Shown: piece by piece, positions 1 to 12,309 of the stretch | How positions within the stretch are numbered: the first letter of the stretch is position 1 | How the letters are laid out: each line of letters opens with the position of its first letter | DNA from: Eledone cirrhosa | Lineage: Eukaryota | DNA: 64,000 nt | Reading direction: 5' to 3' | Assembly (NCBI GenBank): GCA_964016885.1 | Contig: OZ024742.1 | Coordinates: 102,052,001-102,116,000 of the forward strand | Program-made: the position numbers and the translations under genes | The notes under the pieces: generated by a model | The model's database searches: none | Told to the model about the DNA's origin: nothing | The model's input: the letters and a program-made list of their open reading frames with translations, nothing else

Positions 1-56
1 GGGAAAAGTAGACATAAAATGAAATGAAATGATGATGATGATATATATATATATAT

Positions 57-1745
57 ATTGGAATAAATGCTCTGAAATAGCGATATATATGTGAATATAG
101 ACATAGAATATTCGAAAATATTCTGTATGTTTATAATAAACATTTTGAAGACCTAATCGCTATAGAATAGAATACGTCACGTATTACAATTAGATTCTCG
201 ATAAAAGCAAGGGAAGTAATCTACGCGTTTCATTCTTATTAGAAATCTTCAGGACTACATATCCAGTGCTTTTATCGAGAATGACACAGCTAGAGACTTA
301 TAGAATACTTAGCTGTGTACAGGAACTGGTTTGAAAGAGCGGTTGCCGGTCCGGCAGAAATTAGAAATTGGAATAAATGCTCTGAAATAGCGATATATAT
401 GTGAATATAGACATAGAATATTCGAAAATATTCTGTATGTTTATAATAAACATTTTGAAGACCTAATCGCTATAGAATAGAATACGTCACGTATTACAAT
501 TAGATTCTCGATAAAAGCAAGGGAAGTAATCTACGCGTTTCATTCTTATTAGAAATCTTCAGGACTACATATCCAGTGCTTTTATCGAGAATGACACAGC
601 TAGAGACTTATAGAATACTTAGCTGTGTACAGGAACTGGTTTGAAAGAGCGGTTGCCGGTCCGGCAGAAATTAGAAATTGGAATAAATGCTCTGAAATAG
701 CGATATATATGTGAATATAGACATAGAATATTCGAAAATATTCTGTATGTTTATAATAAACATTTTGAAGACCTAATCGCTATAGAATAGAATACGTCAC
801 GTATTACAATTAGATTCTCGATAAAAGCAAGGGAAGTAATCTACGCGTTTCATTCTTATTAGAAATCTTCAGGACTACATATCCAGTGCTTTTATCGAGA
901 ATGACACAGCTAGAGACTTATAGAATACTTAGCTGTGTACAGGAACTGGTTTGAAAGAGCGGTTGCCGGTCCGGCAGAAATTAGAAATTGGAATAAATGC
1001 TCTGAAATAGCGATATATATGTGAATATAGACATAGAATATTCGAAAATATTCTGTATGTTTATAATAAACATTTTGAAGACCTAATCGCTATAGAATAG
1101 AATACGTCACGTATTACAATTAGATTCTCGATAAAAGCAAGGGAAGTAATCTACGCGTTTCATTCTTATTAGAAATCTTCAGGACTACATATCCAGTGCT
1201 TTTATCGAGAATGACACAGCTAGAGACTTATAGAATACTTAGCTGTGTACAGGAACTGGTTTGAAAGAGCGGTTGCCGGTCCGGCAGAAATTAGAAATTG
1301 GAATAAATGCTCTGAAATAGCGATATATATGTGAATATAGACATAGAATATTCGAAAATATTCTGTATGTTTATAATAAACATTTTGAAGACCTAATCGC
1401 TATAGAATAGAATACGTCACGTATTACAATTAGATTCTCGATAAAAGCAAGGGAAGTAATCTACGCGTTTCATTCTTATTAGAAATCTTCAGGACTACAT
1501 ATCCAGTGCTTTTATCGAGAATGACACAGCTAGAGACTTATAGAATACTTAGCTGTGTACAGGAACTGGTTTGAAAGAGCGGTTGCCGGTCCGGCAGAAA
1601 TTAGAAATTGGAATAAATGCTCTGAAATAGCGATATATATGTGAATATAGACATAGAATATTCGAAAATATTCTGTATGTTTATAATAAACATTTTGAAG
1701 ACCTAATCGCTATAGAATAGAATACGTCACGTATTACAATTAGAT
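57..1745 (-). mobile_element. Tandem array of a 310-bp non-coding unit (~5.4 copies), one hammerhead ribozyme per unit; retrozyme/non-autonomous PLE-like, inserted in (TA)n
   Basis: Units start at 57, 367, 677, 987, 1297, 1607 and look identical by eye. (TA)n on both sides, no ORF, and an HHR motif on the minus strand of each full unit. Confidence 0.85.
216..258 (-). ncRNA. Minimal type I hammerhead ribozyme (copies at 526-568, 836-878, 1146-1188, 1456-1498)
   Basis: Minus strand reads guaguc-CUGAAGA-uuucu aaua agaau-GAAA-cgcg-UA^gauuac. Stem I is 6 bp and is extended by a perfect 16-bp inverted repeat (194-209/267-282). Confidence 0.85.
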
Positions 1746-1755
1746 ATATATATAT

Positions 1756-3625
1756 ATTATGAAGAGAGAAGAAACATTTAGATATAATTAGTAATAAAAT
1801 GTATCATACCTAAACTGTTCCTAAATTCCTCGACTACGTAGTTTCGTGGCATAAACAAAAACAATATATCAAAGATATAGAGTCCTTGCGAGGTCTGCCG
1901 ACTTATCAAGAGGATACCTCATTTTACTAGTCTCAAGAACGCGTCTACACGACGTGAGAAAGAATCCCAAAAGGCGGAGGGGGAGATAGTCACGCGATAT
2001 AACGGTCGAGAAACAGAGCTAAGCCTTTTATAACCACGAAGAAAATACCACGGAGGCGGAGGGGGTATTCATATCGAGGCCGTAGAAGAGGTAGTGAAGA
2101 AGGCGAGAAGTATGAGTAATGGAAGCTTTCCAGCTGTCCCCACACTTCAAAGATTGCTCGACCAGAGGGAGTTATTAATATATTTAGAAACACACAGATA
2201 CATGCGGACACACACATATATACATGAATGCATCCGCACCCAACTGTGAGTTAAGGGTGCCAACTTCACCGATGTTGCTCAATGAATGACCGGGACAGAC
2301 CAATTCAGTTTGAACCAGACTGAACCAGTATCAGAGTTAAAAATACATTATGAAGAGAGAAGAAACATTTAGATATAATTAGTAATAAAATGTATCATAC
2401 CTAAACTGTTCCTAAATTCCTCGACTACGTAGTTTCGTGGCATAAACAAAAACAATATATCAAAGATATAGAGTCCTTGCGAGGTCTGCCGACTTATCAA
2501 GAGGATACCTCATTTTACTAGTCTCAAGAACGCGTCTACACGACGTGAGAAAGAATCCCAAAAGGCGGAGGGGGAGATAGTCACGCGATATAACGGTCGA
2601 GAAACAGAGCTAAGCCTCTTATAACCACGAAGAAAATACCACGGAGGCGGAGGGGGTATTCATATCGAGGCCGTAGAAGAGGTAGTGAAGAAGGCGAGAA
2701 GTATGAGTAATGGAAGCTTTCCAGCTGTCCCCACACTTCAAAGATTGCTCGACCAGAGGGAGTTATTAATATATTTAGAAACACACAGATACATGCGGAC
2801 ACACACATATATACATGAATGCATCCGCACCCAACTGTGAGTTAAGGGTGCCAACTTCACCGATGTTGCTCAATGAATGACCGGGACAGACCAATTCAGT
2901 TTGAACCAGACTGAACCAGTATCAGAGTTAAAAATACATTATGAAGAGAGAAGAAACATTTAGATATAATTAGTAATAAAATGTATCATACCTAAACTGT
3001 TCCTAAATTCCTCGACTACGTAGTTTCGTGGCATAAACAAAAACAATATATCAAAGATATAGAGTCCTTGCGAGGTCTGCCGACTTATCAAGAGGATACC
3101 TCATTTTACTAGTCTCAAGAACGCGTCTACACGACGTGAGAAAGAATCTCAAAAGGCGGAGGGGGAGATAGTCACGCGATATAACGGTCGAGAAACAGAG
3201 CTAAGCCTCTTATAACCACGAAGAAAATACCACGGAGGCGGAGGGGGTATTCATATCGAGGCCGTAGAAGAGGTAGTGAAGAAGGCGAGAAGTATGAGTA
3301 ATGGAAGCTTTCCAGCTGTCCCCACACTTCAAAGATTGCTCGACCAGAGGGAGTTATTAATATATTTAGAAACACACAGATACATGCGGACACACACATA
3401 TATACATGAATGCATCCGCACCCAACTGTGAGTTAAGGGTGCCAACTTCACCGATGTTGCTCAATGAATGACCGGACAGACCAATTCAGTTTGAACCAGA
3501 CTGAACCAGTATCAGAGTTAAAAATACATTATGAAGAGAGAAGAAACATTTAGATATAATTAGTAATAAAATGTATCATACCTAAACTGTTCCTAAATTC
3601 CTCGACTACGTAGTTTCGTGGCATA

Positions 3626-3626
<1 letters not shown>
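1756..3626 (-). mobile_element. Tandem array of a 591-bp non-coding unit (~3.2 copies), one variant hammerhead per unit; retrozyme-like, inserted in (TA)n
   Basis: Units start at 1756, 2347, 2938, 3528 with a few substitutions and one 1-bp deletion between copies. (TA)n flanks. Confidence 0.8.
1827..1914 (-). ncRNA. Type I hammerhead with U3-A8 core variant and enlarged stem II (copies at 2418-2505, 3009-3096)
   Basis: uccuc-UUGAUAA-gucggca...ugccac-GAAA-cuacguag-UC^gagga: 5-bp stem I, palindromic stem III, GUC cleavage triplet. Confidence 0.75.
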
Positions 3627-3656
<30 letters not shown>

Positions 3657-3886
3657 ACTCTCCCGTCGATATCCGACGTATAAGTGTCCAACAAAAGTTC
3701 AGCTCTCTGGATGGCGGTGTCTCATGTGACATTTCAATCCCACCAGTGACCCACAGACCAAGCCACATAGGTCGCAAGAGCAAGAGTTTATGGAGAGTGT
3801 TGCAGGTATCAAGGCCCGTTGCTTCGTCCCTGTTCGGTCAACACGCAATTTCTCTCTCTCTATATATATATATATGTATATATATA

Positions 3887-5403
3887 TTAGGGTGGCCCTT
3901 AGCAATAAGTAATTTTCTGAAAGTTAAAATCTTGCTGCTCCCACATCCTAATCCTGTTTCAATCAACACAAAAACGGGGTTTGCAATATTTCAGTTCAAT
4001 TGGACAACTGTTAGGCGACCCTCAAACGCCTTGAAGTTGGTACATAGTATACGTAACGATTAATTCTGTTCAAAAGCGGTATACTCTCGACCATTTTCTT
4101 TTTTCTTCTTAGAGAAATTTATGTGGACACACCCACGCAACCCCAGCAAATGTTTAAAAACGTCCTGAATCAAATTTACCAATAGCTAATTTGAAAAATT
4201 CCTGAAATAATATGAAAAACTTAAGAAATATTAGGTTTTCTTAATAAAGCACACAACTTCTATAAGAGAAACATTTTTATTTACAACAATAATTTCTATA
4301 GGATCAAAAACATAATGTGAACACTGAACACTGAATATTGAACATTATTTTTGCATAAGAGAGGATTTAGAGGCAGTTGAGTTTGTTTAACGGTTTTCGG
4401 TAACGATCTGTAAAACAAATTGTTTCTCAGTTTCATCTTTTGTGAGAATGTTATTGTAATCCTGAATGAGTTTGACACCTCTTTCTGCAACATCATTCAC
4501 AACAACTGTCTTCTCAAGTTTTTCAAGTCCACTTCTGTAACCAGGATAATTCTTCCATGTTGAAGGGTCTTTGTCGAGGAAATCGGTGCTGATAGAAAAT
4601 CTCGCGAAGAAAGTTTTTGTACCAGGAGTTACAAAAGACAAAAACTCGATGTTTGTAAAGGAAGAAAAGTCATTTTGGTGCAGAATGTACCTCTGCAGTT
4701 GCTTTTCACCCCTTGTCTGCTTCCAGCATAACTTGAGCAATATTTGCCTTTACCTCTCCTTGCTCTCCTTTTATCCTTGCTCTCCTTTTCTCATTTCTCT
4801 CCTTGCTCTCTTTTTATCCTTGCTTTCCTTTTCTCATTGCTCTCCTTTTCTCATTGCTCCCTTTCTCATTGCTCTCCCTTTCTCATTGCTCTCCTTTTCT
4901 CATTGCTCTCCTTGCCCTCCTTCTATCCTTACTCTCCTTTTCTCATTGCTCCCCTTGCTCTCCTTTTCTCATTGCTTTCCTTGCTATCCCTTTCTCATTG
5001 CTCTCCTTGCTCTCCTTTTATCCTTGCTCTCCTTGCTCTCCCTGCTCTCCTTCTCTCCTTGCTCTCCTTTTATCATTGCTCCTATTGCTCTCTTTGCTCT
5101 CCTTTTCTCATTGATCTCCTTACTCTCCTTTTATCATTGCTCTCCTTCCTCCCCTGTCTCTCCTAACTCTCATTTTCTCATTGATCTCCTAACTCTCCTT
5201 TTCTCATTGCTCTCCCTTTCTACTTGCTTTCCCCTTTCTTCTTGTATCTATGTACTTGTTTATATACAAATACAATGAGAAAAGGGGTGCAAGGAGAAAT
5301 ATGAAAGCAAGGATATTAAGGAGAGTATATATATACATATATATAAATATATATATGTATATATGTATTTCGGAAAATTACCTATTGCTAAGGACCACCC
5401 TAA
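3887..5403 (-). mobile_element. TIR DNA transposon remnant, hAT superfamily (hATm-like)
   Basis: ~31-bp inverted termini TTAGGGTGGYCCTTAGCAATARGTAATTTTC at 3887 and 5373-5403. Internal ORF 4387-4740(-) carries the transposase C-terminal motif VVNDVAERGVKLIQDYN. The subgroup call is from memory of TAGGGTG termini. Confidence 0.65.
4755..5225. repeat. CT-rich degenerate minisatellite (ccttgctctccttttctcattgctct)
   Basis: Visible periodic repeat; explains the Leu/Ser/Pro ORFs at 4571-5278. Confidence 0.9.
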
Positions 5404-5549
5404 TATACATGTATCCGTATGTGATTGACAGCTGAGAGAAATGACTACTCGCTATTTTGCATAGATTGTTTTTTTTTTGTTAATTGGAACAAGATAGGGG
5501 GGGGGGGGGGGGGGGGCGAAAGCTAAACCTTTAGAAAGTTGAAAAATAA

Positions 5550-5765
5550 TATATATATGTATATATAATATATATATGTATATATAATATATAATATGTA
5601 TATATCATATATATATATGTATATATAATATATAATATGTATATATCATATATATATGTATATATAATATATAATATGTATATATCATATATATATGTAT
5701 ATATAATATATAATATGTATATATCATATATATATGTATATATAATATATAATATGTATACATAT
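5550..5765. repeat. AT-rich ~39-bp minisatellite
   Basis: Repeats of atatatatgtatatataatatataatatgtatatatcat. Confidence 0.85.
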
Positions 5766-6342
5766 ATACTATAAAGCTGACGACCGTATATAAGTAACAA
5801 ACTTTCCGCCAAATGGCTGGACAAAACGACACCAAATTTGCACCATAGATGTAACTTTTTCCAAGTAAGAAAGTGAGGGTATTTTAGTCTACTGAAATTT
5901 GTTAAAAGATTAAAGACATTATTTAAATATTCACTTCTTTAAAATTTTCAAATGTCAGCACTTCCGGTTATACGATATTCCTAACGTCTTCACGAACCAA
6001 AGTATCATCTTCCTGTTTTCTTTTGGTTGCAACGTTTTTCGAAACATTTACTTCTGCGTTCACAGATTGAATTTTTTTAGTTTCAGAAGATCCCGTTAAG
6101 GGTGAAAGCAGCGATTCTTTGCTTAAACTTTAATCTGTTATTTTAATATATATATATATAATTATATATTCGTGTACAGATATTTTTGCATACACAAAAA
6201 CAAAATATAAACAAACGTATCTATTTCACGAAAGCACAGACGACTTATCGTCATTGTTATTGCCGATATGCCATCCAAAAAGTCCTAGCCTGACCGCAAG
6301 ATCAGATTTTCCAGAAGAAAAAATGTTACTAGAGCAACAGAG

Positions 6343-6451
6343 AGACTAAGCTTCGCGAATACCATCAACAAAGCTCAGGGTCAAACCCTAAAGGTGGCTA
6401 GCCTTCATCTGGGAAAACCACGGTCAATTGTATGTCGGATGCTCTAGGGTG
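6343..6451 (+). pseudogene. Helitron Pif1-like helicase C-terminal fragment
   Basis: Translates as RLSFANTINKAQGQTLKVASLHLGKP / HGQLYVGCSRV (frameshifted), matching Pif1/RepHel motifs V-VI. Confidence 0.85.
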
Positions 6452-7023
6452 AGCTAAGGAAGAGGAGAGGAAGGAGAGGAGAAAAGAAACCTACAATGAA
6501 AGAACATCTTAAAGTTTACCCAAACCAAATGTTGTATTTATTAACATTTCTATCTGCAGGTTCTTAGCAAGCTTACTGGCGCTTTAGTATGTTATTCAAT
6601 CCTCATATCGTTTTTTATTGATATGGTGCATATATCGCAGCTATTCATATGTTTTAAACATTAGGAAACGATTGCTGATGTATATTGTACGACAGAATTA
6701 GTTGAAAAATATTTTGAATGAACAAATAAAAGAGATATAAAAGAGAGATGTTTGTTGGTTGGTTCCTTCGCGTATCACACGAAAAAAAAACACGAAAAAT
6801 GACAATCGGAAAGTATGTACAGGATTGGGATAAGAGTATATCCAGGAAAGTTTATTAATACTAATTTTATAACACCGAAGAAGAAGAAAGACATACCACG
6901 TATGCTAACCAACCTGACTGCTATTTCTAGCAGGTTGGGAATCAACTATAAGGGATTCTCTCTGCGAGTTCGTTGTCAGTCATGATCGTGTTTCGCGGCC
7001 TATGTCTCCCATTCCAACGGTGG

Positions 7024-7100
<77 letters not shown>

Positions 7101-7287
7101 ATACACGAACACTCACACAGGCACACACACACATATATACATATATATATATATATATGCAAAGTTTTATTTAAATTGTTGGGTTACAACGAGTAAATAT
7201 TTATAACTGATATAAAAGCACTCAACAAGTATTTGGAGTATATTTACGATATTAAATAAATGGAAACTATATTTATAAAACCATATT

Positions 7288-7353
7288 TATTTCATTATAT
7301 ATATTTCAGGGATATCATATTAAAAATATGGTATGCCTTCATCAGACAAAATA
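7288..7353 (-). ncRNA. PLE minimal hammerhead ribozyme (mirror copy 11842-12056 split by a SINE)
   Basis: uauuuugu-CUGAUGA-agg..cauauu uuu aauaug..ccu-GAAA-uauaua-UA^augaaaua. Confidence 0.8.
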
Positions 7354-8760
7354 CAATATAAACAGTCTTATAAATAGATAGATTTGACATACTTTTCAAC
7401 TTCAACTTCCATTTAAAAAGTTGATTTGGTAGTGAAAAATGTTAGGGACAGTTATAAAAAGAAAGAAAGAAAAAAGCGAAGAAAAAGAAGAAATGCATGC
7501 AACTAAATAGAGAGAGATAGATATAGAGAGATAGATAGAGAGAAGAAATTCATGTAAAGAAACAGAGAGAAATATATAGAGAGAGGAAAAAACACAGAGG
7601 GAGATAGATAGAGAGAGAGAGAGAGAAGAGAGAGAGAGAAAAAATAGAGAGAGATAGATATAGATAGAGATAGAGAGAAAGAAAATAGGTAGTTGGACAC
7701 CAATTGAATGACGTATCAATGATATATTTATTTATTTATTTATTTATTTAGTTCTAGTATTAAGGTAGAGAGAGATATATGTGGTTAGGAGAGAAAACAG
7801 CCGTTACATAGAGAGAAAAGAAAAATATCCAGACATAAACGAGGCAGATTTCGTATGAATTAGGTATTATAATGTAAATATCAGTATTCATGAATGAGAC
7901 ACGTATCAATAATGTGTGAAAAATAATGATCATATGTCTAGTTTAAAATTCAGAGTTGAGATAAAACTGAGATAAAAAAACTGAGATAAAAAACTTCAAA
8001 AAAAATTGAAATACATAAGTATATATGCACTTTCATGAAAAAAGAAAAAGAAAAAGAAAAAGAAAAAGAAAAAGAAAAAGAAAAAGAAAAAGAAAAAGAA
8101 AAAGAAAAAGAAAAAGAAAAAGAAAAAGAAAAAGAAAATAGAAGGTTATCCCAGATTCGATACTATAGACTTCCATGTGAATTTACGTGATCAACTCTGC
8201 AAATTCCTATTTCACATGAAAACATTCTCATTGTGCTATAAAAATTCTAGTATACATATATGTGTACATACACACAAATATATATAGAATCTACATTAAT
8301 TTTAACAATACTATTCTTGTCTTTACTCTACATGATTATCGTTCAAGCATAAATAAAGAACAGATATCAATATATCAATAAAAATATCAAAAAATTAAAA
8401 ATATTAAAAATAAAACACAGTATGCCCCGCAAATCAACCACAGAGATCAACCCTTCAAAGTTAATTGACAATATATTGCCAAGTTCGTTATAAGCATCAG
8501 AATCAAAAGCAAACAAAACCAAAATTATTTACCAAATCCTGTCTAGCAGAAATCATTCCAAAAGTTTAGGATACCCATTTGATCTACAGATGGTCTTATA
8601 TTTAATATAGAAGTTTATCTAGTGTAAAATTTATTCGATATATTTGGAGCATCAGCTTTTAGGGTAGTTTAATTATTCATGAAGAATGTTTAAAATAAAA
8701 AAAGAAATCGAAAGATTTATCGGCGAGTTTCATAAATGATTATAAATCAAAGTAAATATA

Positions 8761-10989
8761 CTACATTTTAAATTTATATTTATATTTAAAAGTTGAGTTC
8801 AATCTATGTCTGCAGCAACTGAATAAATTTGTCCGTAAATTAAGGGAATTTTTAGATTTTAGTATAAAGAATATCTCCTCCGCGCAGAGGTCACATGTCT
8901 CAGAGGATGAATTAAAAGGAATCCCTCTTGAGACTATATTCCAAGCCGTCGAATATCCAACGTTATCATGCTTAAGTTGTCAGAGTAAACCTGATAGTGA
9001 TGTTGAAGATTTTTTGCTTGGATCTGTGAAAGAATTCTTGTGGTTATTATAGCGAAGTTTAAATTCTGTCGAGGTGGAACCAACATAGTTAAAAGAATTT
9101 AAGTCCGTTTTAACATTACAGATGTATATTATATTTTTAACTAAGCAATTGTTATTTAACGGACATTTAGATCTATCTCTACAGTTACATTTGTTTACTT
9201 GGATATTATTTATGCTATTATCGGTATTTTGGCTAGGTTTTAAATTCCTATTATTTATTCTATTAATATTTTGTGCTAAATTTTTGGTGGATGAGTAAGT
9301 TAATTTTATAGTATGTCTATTGAAAATTGAGTGATACCTATTTGTTCTAGGGAAGCGATTATCAAGAGCATTAAAAAATAGTTTAGCGATGTGGGTTTTA
9401 ATGTTTAGTGAGAAAGGGGGGCAAACCATATTATATTCCTAGTTCTATTTCTTTTTTGGCTTTTGGAATTATTGTAATGCTTTCTATTATAGTTGTTAAA
9501 GTTGTTGCCGTAATTAAAATTGTTGTTATTTTGGTTAGTTTGTCTATTATTATCTATGTACATAATTTTATCACTATATCCTGCTCTAGCTAACGCTTCA
9601 TTGTAATACTGGGCTTTTTCGTCGAAAATCTTTTTATTAGATGAGATTCTAGAGATACGTTTTTGAACAGAGTTTACTATAGTATTTTTAACAGATCTGG
9701 GGTGGTTAGAGTTAAAACTGACATAGTTTAAGTTTTCATTCAACTTGTGAAATGGATAGTGATGACATGTGTTGAGATTTAATGTTACATCTAGGAAATT
9801 GACTATTCTATGGTTATTCTCAATTTCTATTTTTAGATTAAAGTAATTAAAAAATTGTGTAATTTGTTTTCTTTTTCTATTTAGTTCAGAGTTATTATTT
9901 TCAATAAGTAAAAGCATGTCATCTCTATATAAACCTCCGGTAGCACCGGGTATTTTCCTATGCAGCGAATTGATTATAAATAGGCCCACAAGGTCAGTTA
10001 CCTGAGCTGAGTCGGATGATCCCATAGTAATGTCGAAATTGTTATCTCTATCTGCTCTGGTCCATAGTTGGTCATTAAATTCTATCAATGTTTTCCTAGC
10101 CGATAATATAATGTGCATTTCATTGCTAGTTAGGTCTGTATGTTTGAATGCGTAATTTAGTGCCTTATTTAGTAGATTAGGGGTAATAGATGAATAATAG
10201 TTAGCAATATCTAGTTGAATAAATTTATTATTATTGTTATATCTAATTTCTTTAAACCACTCAATAACCTCTCCAGTTCCCTTCCACAAGCTCAAGTTAG
10301 GTAAACAATTCAAGTTTTTAATTTGCTGTATCACCCTGTCTAGAATGTTTTTGCTTAGTTTACCCAGGTCAGATTTTGATGGTGCAATCAATCTGACTGG
10401 CAGGTCATTTTCAAAATTTCTTTTGTGATCTTTCATATTGATCTTCGGTTTCCTGGGCACGAAAGGTTGTGTTCTGTTCTCAATTTCCAACTCATGCATT
10501 ATACAAGATGCTTCAACATTCATTTTCTCAAGCTCGGCCTTATCTGCTACCTTGTACTTTTTCCTCAGTTCTTTCAGTATGAGGCCATTATACATGTCTT
10601 TTTGCACTCCATAGAGGTTGTTGGTCTTGTCAGATTTCACCAAGATCTTCTCAGTTTTCTCTAAGCTCTCAATATTATCCTTAATGCCTTTCAAATATTC
10701 CTGGCCTTTGAAGTTTCTCTTGAATTTGACTCCTTGTATGATAGAAATTATATCGTTTTCAAAGTCAAATAAAAGTTTGTTGGGGGGGGGGGGGGGGATT
10801 TTTTTTAGCTTTGAAAACTTTGTCTAAGTCCGAGACATTTTCATTTATATTAGATTTATCAAAGTGGAATGCCCGCCACCTGATTCTCCTTATAAAAGAG
10901 TCCGATTTATCTATTAATTGTTTAATAAAGTCTTTGTTTCTAGGTAGAGGTATGTCTTTTAAAGAGGAAGAAAACTTAAAGAATTCCAT
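8761..10989 (-). pseudogene. PLE reverse transcriptase + Cys-rich linker + C-terminal GIY-YIG endonuclease (2 frameshifts, 1 stop)
   Basis: RT motifs KSDKTNNLY, QLDIANYY, ITMGSSDS, GLYRDD, VNFLDVTL; linker CNC-x5-CPL-x3-C; EN IIY...YVGST..FKLRYNNH. The frame continues past TGA 8980-8982 (conserved Trp position) to CDLCAEE..LNLR..CCRH and stops at 8761. The Cys linker suggests the Neptune/Nematis group. Confidence 0.92.
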
Positions 10990-11553
10990 TTTTTCAGTTA
11001 TAATATAAAGCGCTCAACAGTATTGGAGCAAGATATATGCAAAGTTTTATTTAAATTGTTGGGTTACAACGAGTAAATATTTATAACTGATATAAAAGCA
11101 CTCAACAAGTATTTGGAGTATATTTACGATATTAAATAAATGGAAACTATATTTATTTATCTCAGTTTTTTATCTAATTTTTTTATCTCAGTTTTATCTC
11201 AACTCTGAATTTTAAACTAGACATATGATCATTATTTTTCACACATTATTGATACGTGTCTCATTCATGAATACTGATATTTACATTATAATACCTAATT
11301 CATACGAATTGATATTTTTACGTTGATGAAACATAATGTTTTAAATCTGCCTCGTTTATGTCTGGATATTTTCTTTTCTCTCTATGTAACGGCTGTTTTC
11401 TCTCCTAACCACATATATCTCTCTCTACCTTAATACTAGAACTAAATAAATAAATAAATAAATAAATATATCATTGATACGTCATTCAATTGGTGCCCAA
11501 CTACCTATTTTCTTTCTCTCTATCTCTATCTATATCTATCTCTCTCTATTTTT

Positions 11554-11585
<32 letters not shown>

Positions 11586-11899
11586 ATCTATCTCCCTCTG
11601 TGTTTTTTCCTCTCTCTATATATTTCTCTCTGTTTCTTTACATGAATTTCTTCTCTCTATCTATCTCTCTATATCTACCTCTCTCTATTTAGTTGCATGC
11701 ATTTCTTCTTTTTCTTCGCTTTTTTCTTTCTTTCTTTTTATAACTGTCCCTAACATTTTTCACTACCAAATCAACTTTTTAAATGGAAGTTGAAGTTGAA
11801 AAGTATGTCAAATCTATCTATTTATAAGACTGTTTATATTGTATTTTGTCTGAAGAAGGCATACCATATTTTTAATATGATATCCCTGAAATATATATA

Positions 11900-12048
11900 A
11901 TTGTTTCTACTTTAGGCACAAGGCCAGCAATTACCCAGTGCATTACTGGTACTTTATTTTATCGACCCCGTGAGGATGAAAGGCAAAGTCAACCTTGGCG
12001 GGATTTGAACTCAGATCATAAAGGGACGTAACTATGCTGGAAAGCATG
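11900..12048 (-). mobile_element. tRNA-derived SINE (Nin/Deu-like core), 5'-truncated; representative of ~19 copies
   Basis: Shared core tgagttcaaatcccgccgaggttaactttgcctttcatccttacggggtcgataaaataaagtaccagt. Other copies near 15976, 17436, 23168, 24395, 31088, 32775, 32966, 33540, 34117, 34328, 34560, 36050, 42380, 42770, 44370, 58410, 62445, 62628. Confidence 0.85.
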
Positions 12049-12309
12049 ATGAAATAAATATGGTTTTATAAATATAGTTTCCATTTATTTAATATCGTAT
12101 ATATATATATATATACACACACACACATATATATATATACTCACACACGAACACTCACACACACACACACACACACACACACAATGTAAACAAGACAATG
12201 CATTCAATACAGACGTTTTCTCTTCTGCCGGTCTTCTCTTATCATTTGTTAACCTTGGCGAAGCTGGGTACCTCAGCTAGTATAATATATATATGTATAT
12301 AATATATAA

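Larger units (their letters stand above)
7153..12098 (-). mobile_element. Penelope-like retroelement, nearly full length, with partial pseudo-LTR and an inverted 3'-UTR copy
   Basis: RT + GIY-YIG ORF; direct repeat 11033-11156 = 7153-7276; 11157-12098 is an inverted copy of ~7246-7990; (TA)n at both ends; HHR in the 3' UTR. Confidence 0.92.
5763..12280 (+). mobile_element. Degenerate Helitron interrupted by the large PLE insertion
   Basis: Helitron-like 5' part (tactataaagctg...caccaaatttgcac), helicase remnant at 6343-6451, and a 3' hairpin + CTAG|T at 12254-12281. Joining these into one element is inference. Confidence 0.5.

Noticed and set aside
1990-2217. Triplicated 75-aa ORF
   Set aside because: By-product of the 591-bp repeat, starts in a (GT) run and has no recognisable domain.
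4571-5278. Long Leu/Ser-rich ORFs and the many YI/TH/CV/poly-V/N/T ORFs elsewhere
   Set aside because: Translations of micro- and minisatellites.
8980-8982. In-frame TGA as selenocysteine (Sec-containing PLEs exist)
   Set aside because: It sits at the conserved Trp of the LSxxxWxLK motif (compare LASHVWSLK in ORF 21299-21571), so TGG>TGA is simpler; it is not a Cys position.
12146-12161. cacgaacactcacaca on both sides of the large PLE as a target-site duplication
   Set aside because: Not adjacent to the element ends and embedded in (CA)n; cannot be separated from microsatellite variation.
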